A stretch of DNA of 54,394 nt, the filler included, from Jimgerdemannia flammicorona (taxonomy: Eukaryota): the NCBI GenBank assembly GCA_003990765.1. It is 3 parts of 3 records of this genome, joined end to end, with 100 filler letters (N's around TTAATTAATTAA, not from the genome) between each part and the next. Parts side by side here need not be neighbours in the genome. Positions count along the whole stretch, not along the records: positions 36,337 to 54,394 come from RBNJ01002316.1; 2 more parts are not named here. One strand, written 5' to 3'. Below are positions 38,931 through 49,338 of the stretch, piece by piece. The notes under the pieces were generated by a model. The model was not told where the DNA came from and searched no databases. It saw only the letters and a list, made by a program, of their open reading frames with translations. The position numbers were made by a program, and so were the translations under genes. The first letter of the stretch is position 1, and every line of letters starts with the position of its first letter.

Positions 38931-39562
38931 AGGTCGGACGAGAGACGAAGGCGAAAATATTGAGATCGAACATTTGTGTAGGTGCTAAAATGAAGACGAG
39001 TATCTGAGGATCCAAGGAGACATGGATATTGGCTTGAGAGAGGGAATGATGCGATTATATATGAAAACACTGAAATGTGCAACTTCTTCACACACTGCGC
39101 AGCCAAATAGCGACCGGCAACCTTTTCGTTCCGTGGGACTGTGGCTGACGTTGCGCCGTCAGTTTTTGGAATTTCGAAATAGATAGACAGGACAACTTGA
39201 AATTATAAACTCCAAGAGCACAGTCATGGTTAGAATGAGCGAAAAGCAAGTGAAATCGAGCAAAGGCGAGATCGCATGCAGTTGAAGGCCAGGGTTGGAA
39301 CATGCACACAAGACTGAGTGTGATCGGGTAACAAAGAAGAATACACACAAAAACACGCGCGCCTGAGTATGTTGGCCCAAGGTCATGTTATTTTACTTAC
39401 GTCACTGTCCTGATCCCCATTTAGGGCTACGTCACACTATACTCAGTTAAAAAACACAAGCTCAAACTCCGAAATATAGGCAAACAGGTTATTAACGAAG
39501 ACTGATGGTATAAACACTTCTATCCAGAAAATTGCAACGACATAGTAGACCATCAAAGCCGC

Positions 39563-40135
39563 GTGCAAAGCATAACCAATGATAATGGCATAGCGCGTAC
39601 CTTTCCGAGATCAAACAAGTCTTCATTTTGGCATCCACACAAACGTTCCTTGAACTTTCTCACCTCTGCTCGTATGCTCCGCCCTGCAATTGTCATCAGC
39701 GAACATCCTGCACCAGGAAGAATCGATCTTTACCCGGACCCAGCGACTTCTTCGTGCACTTCACCCCCACTCGCATACATAATCAACTTCAACGACCTAA
39801 CCTACATCCTCCACCTTGAAAGGGGTGACCGAATCTTAATTCCCCGCAACAGCACGGGTGTCATGCTCCCAAGAGGCGGCACCTTTATTTTCAAGCAGAC
39901 TCCGCCTCCACGAAGCACCCGTTCCCGCCTCGTTTGGACTATTCTCCTGCTGTCCTTCCTGGTGTTGGCCCTCCTCGTCTATAATGCAACAGACACCTCG
40001 GCGGATTGGAACCGCGAGGTTTACTATGTCACTGCAATTTTCTGGATGGAAGTGTTAATGCCACCAGTCTTCGTTAATAACCTGTTATTGACATATCCTA
40101 TGCTTGCAACCGTGATTAGTATTTGGCGAGATTAG
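39563..40135 (+). CDS. Paralogue 2: hypothetical membrane protein (two hydrophobic segments), internally deleted relative to paralogue 3
   Basis: 190-aa ORF. INFNDLTYILHLERGDRILIPR and AIFWMEV.MPPVFVNNLLL.YPMLATV are shared with 42827-43534. Its 5' end is an inverted fragment of the same family. Confidence 0.45.
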   Translation: MQSITNDNGIARTFPRSNKSSFWHPHKRSLNFLTSARMLRPAIVISEHPAPGRIDLYPDPATSSCTSPPLAYIINFNDLTYILHLERGDRILIPRNSTGVMLPRGGTFIFKQTPPPRSTRSRLVWTILLLSFLVLALLVYNATDTSADWNREVYYVTAIFWMEVLMPPVFVNNLLLTYPMLATVISIWRD

Positions 40136-40508
40136 ACCGCTAAATGTTTTTTTTGTTATTTTTTGGGGGGAGTTTGTTTTTTAACTGTACCCAGCATTGA
40201 ATACACTATTTAACTGCACAAAAAATTTGACGACGCTGGTGGAAATGTGAAAGTGGAGACGTCAGGTACCTGTGTCCCGGCGCAGGGTAGTGGCGTGACC
40301 TTGTATATAGTTCATATTGCATGCGTGGGTTTGTCTTTATCTGTGTATCGTGTGTGATCCAATCCTTGCTTTCAATTGCATGCTTTCAATTTCACTTGCT
40401 CTTCACTCTTGTCCTCGCGCTCTCGCTTGCTCACTGTATCCATGGCTGTACTCTTGGAATTTCCAACAGCAAGAGCTTGCTTCCCAAAAGAACCTTGAAT
40501 TGATGATA

Positions 40509-41985
40509 CGGTGACTTCCAAAATGGCCCAACGTTTCATTATTTTTTACTTTTTATTTTTTTAAAATATAAAAAAAATAGATAAAAAATATGAAACTAGA
40601 ATATATTATAGCCCTATATAAGGGGTATCCAAGGATATAAAAATATTTTTATTTAAGCTTTGTTTCACTGTTAATTTTTTTTTTTTTTTTTTTTTTTTTT
40701 TGAAAAAGGGAGCCGCATTGGACCAGTTTTGGCACGTCGTCGTCAATCGACGTTCTTTGTTCTGCAGACAGACAATAAATTGGCGTATATGTATGAGGCT
40801 TTGCACGGTGGTTCATTCAGTGTTTTTCTCCGTCCCCGTACCATTTTTTCGTTCAATATCCTATTCTTTTTATTTTTAAAAAAATAATGAAGAAACTGTC
40901 TATCGATACACGAAACAACGTCGTCAGTATGCTGAATTCGGGCGTATCGACGCGGAAATCGCTGAGCAGACTGGCGTTGGCAAGACAACTGTCATCCGCA
41001 TTAGAAAGGGGAGTTGCAACGTTATCTCGTCGAAAGGAGGTCGTCCAAGAATCCTTTCAGCTCGCGATAGAGCATGGATAGTTCGTCAGGTGACTGGTGG
41101 TAAAGCAGATACCGCCCCAAAAGCCGCAGAACTACTCCGGGAAGGTGGCAAGGCGAATGCATTGAAGGAAGCCCGTAAAGTAAAAGAACCCAAGATTGCT
41201 ACGCCGGCATATTAAAGCTCGATACGACTTCGCATGCAAGTATAAAGAATGGACGGTTGATGATTGGAAACGCGTCGTATTCTCTGACGAGACGAAAATC
41301 AATCGTTTTGGGTCCGACGGGCGGAGAGAACCACGTGACACCGACCCTGAAATTCGGGGCTGCATGGTGTCGGATATGCATGCAAGATCGACGGGACAAT
41401 GGCCTTGGCGAAATCGATCACTTATTTTAAGATTGATAAAAAAAAGGTGATATTTCAGCAAGACAACGATTCCAAGCATACTTCACGTATGGCTCAAGGA
41501 CAACAAAATCGGTCGTTTGGACTGGCCGGCGCAGTCTCCCGATCTCAACCCCATCGAACACCTGTGGGCACATATCAAAAGACAGCTCAATTTATATGAG
41601 GAACATTCGGAGGGGGACATGCCCTTTGGGAACGAGTGGAGCATGAATGGAATGCGGTTCCGGACCAAGTTTGTGCAGATTGAATCGAGAGTATGCCGAG
41701 ACGCGTCGCAGCGGTGTATAAGGCAAAAGGAGGTTACGTAAAGTATTAAAACGTTCACAGCTAACATAGCGCTCCAAAACTGGTCCAATGCGGCTCCTTT
41801 TTTTAAAAAAAATTTTAACAGTGAAATAAAGCTTAAATAAAAATATTTTTATATCCTTGGATACCTCTGATATAGGGCTATAATATATTCTAGTTTCATA
41901 TTTTTATCTATTTTTTTTTTTTTATACTTTTAAAAAAATAAAAATTAAAAATAATACAACATTGGACCAGTTTTGGAAGTCACTG
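40509..41985 (+). mobile_element. Tc1/mariner (DD34E-type) DNA transposon with ~220-bp TIRs and TA TSD; transposase disrupted
   Basis: TIRs at 40509-40732 and 41774-41985, flanked by TA at 40507-40508 and 41986-41987. Transposase fragments in three frames (40887-41748): WKRVVFSDETK, FQQDNDSKH, WPAQSPDLNPIEHLW. Confidence 0.95.
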
Positions 41986-42826
41986 TATCAAATATACTAA
42001 ACCATTGTGTCCCGTACGATGATTTAGGCAGTGGTGGCGGCCAATCTTGTCTATCTATTTTGAAATTGAAAGATGCCGTAGCCGATGGAGCTTTAGCCAA
42101 CGAATCGACGTCATGTCGATTCTGGCAGGCCGCTAATTTCAAATCTCCATCTCCTCGGAGATTCAAAGATCCGAATGTTCGATCTCAACATTTTCGCCAG
42201 GTATAGATTAACCATTCCTTCTGATCTGAAGCTGGAACGAGATATTGAAATACGCAGGAGGTTTGCTCCTTAACGATGTATCCAAACATACATTACGTAC
42301 ATAGCAGTTTCCTACTGCAATCGTCAGTCTAGACAGTAAATCGCGAAATACCGTAACGAAAAGATTCCTTCATCTCTTAAAAAGTTCGATAATAAACCCC
42401 GTAAATCGACTAGAAAAAAAAAAAACCTTCGCATGTATTATTTTCAGCCTATTGTGTTCGAGTTTAATTGATATAAAGATGTTTTGCGTTGCTTTTGAAA
42501 AACTATATGCTTGCATCGATGCTCATTTTTGATGCGTGCAAAAGAATCATGCGGTTACTGTACAATTTTTGGTTATGTAATTAAGTTTATACACTGGAGG
42601 GCGATTTGGCGATAGTTTATGTTGTGTGGTCCTGATATCCTAATATCACTCAATCGTTTCAACAAGTTAAGCGCGAAGATGCAGGTCGGGGGGGACACCG
42701 GACTTGCTACCTTTGCCGAAAAATGAGAAATCGAAATCGGCCCTAAGGTCACGTTATTTTACTACGTCAATGTCCTGCGGTCACGTTCGAGGTCAAACAC
42801 AACAAATATATATATATATGGGCGGT

Positions 42827-43534
42827 CTAATCTAGCCAAATACTAGTCACGGTCGCAAGCATAGGATATATCAATAACAGGTTATTAACGAAGACTGGTG
42901 GCATAAACACTTCCATCCAGAAAATTGCAACGACATAGTAGATCACCAAAGCCGCGTGTAAAGCATAACCAAAGACCCACACGATGCTCCTCTTGATCCA
43001 TCGAAATTGCATAGCGCGCACCTTTTTCCAAGGAAAGAAATAGAGCGGAATGGCCAGAGCAATAGCAGTTCCTTGACGAAGACGTTCGGCAAGGGTTCGG
43101 CCAAACACGGTTCCAATCCGCCGAGGAGTCTGTTGCATTGTAGGCGAGGAGGGCTAAAACCAGGAAGGACAGCAGGAGGATGGTCCAGACGATGCGGGAA
43201 CGGGTGCTTCGCGGGAGCGGAGTCTGCTTGTGCCGCCTCTTGGGAGCATGACGCCCATGCCGGTGCGGGGAATCAGGATTTGGTCGCCCGTTTCGAGGTG
43301 GAGGATGTAAGTCAGGTCGTTGATGTTGATTTCAAATTCTTTATGTATGCGGGCGAGGGTGAGGTGCACAAAGAAGTCGCCGGGTCTGGGGTAAATATCA
43401 ATTCTTCTTTGTGGAGAGTGCTCACTGATGATGCGGACGGCATCGGCAGGACGTGGCATACCAGCAAAGGCGAGAAAGTTGGAGATAGTATCAGAGGGAG
43501 TAATACGAGCGATGAAGGCGAAAAGTTTGAACAT
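42827..43534 (-). pseudogene. Paralogue 3 of the unknown membrane-protein family, split into two ORFs
   Basis: ORFs 43154-43534 and 42827-43138 together match paralogue 2. A 10-nt indel (ctttattttc) after PRGGT changes the frame. Confidence 0.65.
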
Positions 43535-43825
43535 TTGTGTGAGTTAACCATAGTTACAAGGAACTTGTTCTTGCTGTACACAGACTGAATCTCTTGTGAT
43601 TCAGGTTCAAAGGGGTTTCCTTTTTAGATTTATATACTGATTCTCAGTTCTGGCAGAAGTTAGCTAGGCTTCTGGAGTTTAGTCCGAAACACTAGAGTAA
43701 CTTAGGTGTCATTATTAAAGAACTCAGGGGAATATATGTGGAGGGGGGACTTCTTGTGTTTTGTACTTGACTAAGAGCTGGATTATTTCGAATACAGTTG
43801 CTGGAATATTTATACATGTTGGCTA

Positions 43826-43857
<32 letters not shown>

Positions 43858-45486
43858 GGATCAAGTCCTTGTGAATTTTTATTAGAAGGGAACCTAGACT
43901 ATATAGGGCAAAATCCTCCCCCACTTCCTCCCTGAGTGCTACTCCCCCATTATCCTTAGACTATAGAGAGAACCTACAGTTCCATCATTCTAGCTATATA
44001 TGTTAGATATACTAACTCCTACTATATAGACTAGACTTGTCTGTTTACTAGAACTGAATCATCAGATTAATATTATGAGAGCACACCTATACATTAGATC
44101 TAGTAATGCTAAGACTGAACAATATAATCTCTCTGAATCCAAATGAAAGCTAGAGATAAAATAAAAATCCCCCAATCAACCAATAAGAAGCAGAATAGAT
44201 TCATAGTAAGTGAGTAAAGAAGTTATATATAAAATACCCTCAAAAGGACTTATATATGAGCTAAGACCTAAAAAGACCCCAATCCCACTCTCCAAACCTA
44301 TAGGTCTTAATTATATTACTATATCAGCTCCTAAGTATTACTAAATGAGAAAGGTCCTACTCTTCAAGCCTGTGGGTCTTGATTATATTACTATATCAGC
44401 TCTCAGTTTTAGTTAGATATAGTCAGAATACCTATATCACCCCACCCTCTGCTAATCAATCAAAAGACCTTACTGAGATAATATCTATTTAGTACTCTTA
44501 ATAAATTAAATTAAATTAAATTTGACCCAAATTTAATTTAATTCAATTGAATCAAAGGTTTAATTTAATTCAATTTAAATTGAATCAAAGGTCTAATTCA
44601 ATTTGAATTAAATCAAAGGTCTAATTCAATTTGAGATTCAATTCAAACTCTATTTTTTGAAATATAATAACTTGACAAAAATATGTCCAAATTTAAAGAT
44701 CTTTAGCTTTTTAGATTTCTCTATATTAGAGAAATCTAATAAGCTAAAGATTATTAAATTTGGATATGTTTTTATCAAGTTATTATATTTTGAAAAATAG
44801 GGTTCAAATTAGAACTTCAATTTGATTTGAATTCAATTTGATTCAAACTTTATTTAAATTAAAAAATCCCCAATTTAATTCAATTTGAATGATCCTCAAT
44901 TTGATTTGATTTGAATTGATTTGATTTATTTGGGAGTACTATGTCCACCCCAACCCTGATGACTGCCCCCAGTTTAGTACTTAACTAGTTCACTATTATT
45001 ACCTATCTATCTATTTATAATAGCTATCTCCCCTCTCAATCTAACTCTACCTGAAAAACAGTCATCTATACTAGAACTGTACTCACCAAGAAGCTTGCCA
45101 AAGCTCAGAGAGCCCCACTACAGACACTGACAACCTGTAGATAATCTATATATACTAGTACTTAATATCTAAGATTAGCTAACTCTCTACATAGTTTATA
45201 ATATATCATGATAATACCTTATTAATAATAGCAAAAGGAAGAAGATGCTGTACCAAAGTGGGTATATCCCAGATATAGCCAGAGATACCAGAAACTGTGA
45301 AAAAGAGGAAGAAGCACTAATCTGATACTGATAAAGAGATAACTTATTACCATTGTCTCTCTCTCACTATACTCTCACAGGTACAGCAAACCAATCTAAG
45401 ATAGAGGAGGTAAAAGTAGAAAAAAAGAGACTCAGAAGGTTGCTCACCAAAACCTTGTGACTGGTATAGTAGCAGAGAAAGGGGTG
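43826..45486 (-). mobile_element. Poly(A)-tailed retroposon insertion (non-autonomous or decayed LINE), ~1.2 kb excluding the nested MITE
   Basis: Poly(T) at 43826-43853. Perfect 15-bp TSD TATACATGTTGGCTA at 43811-43825 and 45487-45501. Confidence 0.8.
44490..44941. mobile_element. hAT-family MITE, largely palindromic, copy 1
   Basis: Termini TAGTACTC...GAGTACTA. The 8-bp flanks TATCTATT and TGTCCACC differ only by C>T/G>A changes. Central hairpin near 44725; subterminal ATTTG/CAAAT repeats. Confidence 0.8.
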
Positions 45487-45521
45487 TATACATGTTGGCT
45501 AAGTAATGGTTTGGCTAAGTA

Positions 45522-45578
45522 TATGTGACTAATTTGGTATGTGACTAATTTGGTATGTGACTAATTTGGTATGTGACT
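45522..45578. repeat. 16-bp tandem repeat ATGTGACTAATTTGGT x3.5
   Basis: Direct inspection. Confidence 0.9.
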
Positions 45579-45993
45579 GCTTTGGTTGTTCATTCGCAAA
45601 ATGAAAGACCTGTGTTGTACACAGGACAAATGCTTTGGGTCAAGCTGTTTGTACTCAGGACAAACACTTTGGGTAATACATTGGTTAAGTAATACATTTG
45701 CTGCAGCGCGAGCTGCGGCTCCAGTGTTCAGGGGGTTCGGCATGTCATTTTCCGCGCTTTGCTCGTATGTCGCTCGTTCGTGACGTCATCGCAGGGTCAC
45801 GTGATCGCCTTTCGCGCCTCGTCATGTAGTTCTATTACAGGTGGCTGGCCTGCCTTCCGCTAGTCAAAAAGGATAGGGGTGACGTTAGATCTCCATCCAG
45901 AAGCTATACACAATAGCCAATAATAAATATCCATTAACTACACACATGAATTCAAAAGTAAGCAGAAAAAAAAAAAAAAAAAAAAAAAAAAAA

Positions 45994-46049
<56 letters not shown>

Positions 46050-46051
<2 letters not shown>

Positions 46052-46385
46052 ACAAAGAGGCATATATATAAATTTTACCATTTTATCAGCCAAAAGTTCT
46101 TTTATGATTCTTTTATGATACAAACATATTATTTTTCAATAGCAATAAAAAAATAAAAAATAAAACCTTTAAGTAAATCTGATGCAATACAATAAACTGA
46201 AAACAATATCTAAAAATAATTTTCTAATAGATTTACAGAATTTATTAGATGATAAGATCTATTGCTAGAAAATTTTGATTCAAAAAAGATAGCTATGAAT
46301 TTGTATTATTTAAGAGATAAATAGAGCTTTTTGTTGGGGTATTTCAAGCTGATGATTGTAGTAGGAAACTACTATATATAAACTA
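46050..46385 (+). repeat. Hypermutated copy of segment 37020-37362
   Basis: For example actaccacacacaaa becomes actactatatataaa, and tacgatacaagcacacgatt becomes tatgatacaaacatattatt. Confidence 0.8.
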
Positions 46386-47287
46386 TTATATCATTAAGAG
46401 ATCAAACTACTTAGAAGAGAGTTTTCATATTTTCTACTCAATTCTTAAAATAGATTTTAACTGATTTGGCATAAGTCATTACATAATGCACTCTATACTC
46501 TAAAATACAGAGATCTGATATAGAGATCTAATATGATATAAAATATAATCAATACAATATAATAAATTGATGTGATAATTTAATATAAATATTTCTAACT
46601 ATAAATTTATATTAAATTTACTACTTGCTATTAAATATTTAACTTTTTTTTTTAAAAAAAAAATATTTAACTCTTTATCACTCACTCACTTACTCATTAA
46701 GTTATTATACTAATAAAATATAATATATTGATTAATAATAGCATTATCTCTCTCAATACTATTATCTTTCAACTTATATATTCTGAATAATATAATTACT
46801 CTCTGGTAGTTGAAATTTAACTTTATTCTTAAATCTATTAATATAAAACTTCACTTTCTACAATAATTTCCTTATCTCTCTCCAATTATTTCCAATTCAC
46901 TTCTAAATTATATTATAATCTTAATACTAATCTATTCTTCAGTAGTCTGGCCAATATCTCTATTCTGCTCAATAATATTGTAATATTTATTTTTACTAGA
47001 AACTGATCTATTTGAAATTTTTATAAGCTTTAGAAAAAAAATAAGTCATTATAGTATAAATATGTTTACAATCAAGATTATATTTTTTAAAATTATAATA
47101 AATATAAATAAACTACTCATAATTACCAGTTTTATTCATTATTCTTATTCTTGTAATAGAATAATTGAGTTCAGCATTTTGTAACTATATAAGAAAGATA
47201 TTACCAGATATATATATAATCTGTTCTTTTAAAAATTTTTAACTATAGAGCTCTTATTTGTATTAATTATAAATCTATAGTACTATT

Positions 47288-47703
47288 TAGTACTCTTAAA
47301 CAAACCAAATTAATTTAAATCAAATGAAATTTAGAATCATTCAAATTAAATTAAATTGGAGATTTTTTAATTCAAATCACATTTGAATTAAATCAAATTC
47401 AAATCAAATTGAGGGTTTAATTTAAATTCTATTTTTCAAAATATAATAACTTGATGAAAATATATCCAAACTTAATAATATTTAGCTTGTTATATTCCTC
47501 TTATATAGAGAAATTTAATAAGCTAAAGATTATTAAATTTAGATATATTTTTATTGAGTTATTATATTTCCAAAAATAGAGTTTAAATTGAATCTTAAAT
47601 TGAATTAGACCTTTGATTTGATTTAAATTAAATCAAATTGGACTTTTGATTCAATTTGAATTAAATCAAATTAGATCTTTGATTTGATTTATTAGGAGTA
47701 CTA
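47288..47703. mobile_element. hAT-family MITE, copy 2 (inverted relative to copy 1)
   Basis: Termini TAGTACTC...GAGTACTA. 8-bp TSD GTACTATT (47280-47287) and GTACCATT (47704-47711). Confidence 0.85.
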
Positions 47704-47899
47704 GTACCATTCTACTAATACTAAGTTTTTTTTAGTAAGATATCTACATTGTATATTAACTAAAATATAATGAATTAGCAGATAATTAAATCTATCAAGT
47801 CTTCAATTTAATCTTTTTTTAAGATAAAAATATTTGAGCTTTTAGTAAAAAGACTCGATTAAATTATTAGTATCAATTATTGATGAGAATAAGAATGAT

Positions 47900-48840
47900 A
47901 ACAAAGTGTCTTTTGCATAATTGACTAATCAAATATAAACCATAAAAATGTATGTAAAATGTAGATATAGACTATAAAATTGTAAGTAATTATATACTGT
48001 AAACTGGAATAATTGTATGCTGTAAAAGAAGTAATTATATATAAAAATGTAATTGTAACTGAAGTTGATGGGTTTGGCTTATATAGAAGTATATGCTTCC
48101 CTAGGGCCTACTATTTATGTTAGAGTGAAAGGAGTCATTTTATTGAATATAACTATAAGGAATGAGTGGGAGGGATGTGCAAATTGAACTGTGAGATTGC
48201 TAATGATTACTGGTATAGTATATACTTAGTTGCTAAAAGTAGTGAGAGCTGAGATATAATGAATACTCAGTCACTGCATAAAAAAACTATATGGTGTCTA
48301 TCTGAAATTAGCACTAACTAGATTGCTTTTGGTGTAAGAAATCAATTGAAACTAGTGCAGGGGAATATATAAATATTCTATATAATTGTTTTAGCAGCTT
48401 ATTCTGCATGAATGTATGAATATTAAGTGGCTATTCTATATGAGTATTAAGCAGCTAATCCATATGAATATTAAGTGGCTCTGACCACTTTGCTGAAGTT
48501 TGAACTACATTCATAACTATATTAAAGTATCCTTTATATAATTGACTAATCAAATGTAAACCATAAAAATATACATAAAATATAGATATAGACTATAAAA
48601 TTGGAAGTAATTATATACTATAAACTGAAATAATTGTATACTATAAAAGAAGTTATTGTGTAATTGTAACTGAAATTGATAGGTTTGGCTTATATGAAAG
48701 CATATGCTTTCCCAGGGCCCACTATTTGTATTAGAGCAAAAGGAGCCAATACTGTAGGCCTAAGAAGTGAGTTAGACTCCTAAGAGTGCTACAACTCACT
48801 TTGTGAGTAATATTTGACTACTACTAACCAAACCCATAGC
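47900..48840 (-). mobile_element. Hypermutated 3' end of an Ngaro-type element with split direct repeats (B1-A2-B2)
   Basis: A ~215-bp direct repeat occurs at ~47918-48137 and ~48539-48748. The spacer contains accactttgctg.agtttgaact, also found at ~10227 (the 5' end of the contig-1 element). 48742-48840 aligns with 5994-6100, the end of the recombinase region. Confidence 0.7.
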
Positions 48841-48859
48841 TAGTGCTCCGAACGAATGG

Positions 48860-49062
48860 AGTTGATCTAGATGAGATTCGATTCAGATTCATCATGTGAT
48901 GGATTTGAATCAACTCGGATTGGTCTTGTGATCTGATCTGGATTGATCCGGATTGATCCAGATTGATCCATCCAGATTGATCCATCCGGATTGATCCATC
49001 CGGATGATCCATCCAGATGATTCATCTGGATTGACCCATCTGGATTGATCCATTCGGATTGA
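48860..49062. repeat. hAT subterminal repeat array (GGATTGATCC[ATCC])n
   Basis: About 10 degenerate 10-14-bp units immediately inside the terminus. Confidence 0.85.
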
Positions 49063-49338
49063 AATCTTTGGTGACATCACCCTTTCTTTTGTTCATTTTG
49101 CTCTTGTTTTTTTTTTCTGCCGCACTTTGGTGATATCACCCTTTCCTTTGTTCCCTCTCTTTTCTTTGTTCTTTTTCTTTGTTCTTTCCTACTGCATCAC
49201 GAGCAAACAAAACAGCAGCCCTAAATTCGTACGTTGGTCCAGTCTACTCATTTTTCACCCTGCAATGATTGTCAAAAGAGGGAGTATTCAAGGTAGAACG
49301 TACTCTCTGCTGACAATGTTAGATTCTTTCTCATATAG

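Noticed and set aside
48860..49062. Short repeat array as possible CRISPR or telomere
   Set aside because: No unique spacers, eukaryotic context, and positioned as hAT subterminal repeats.
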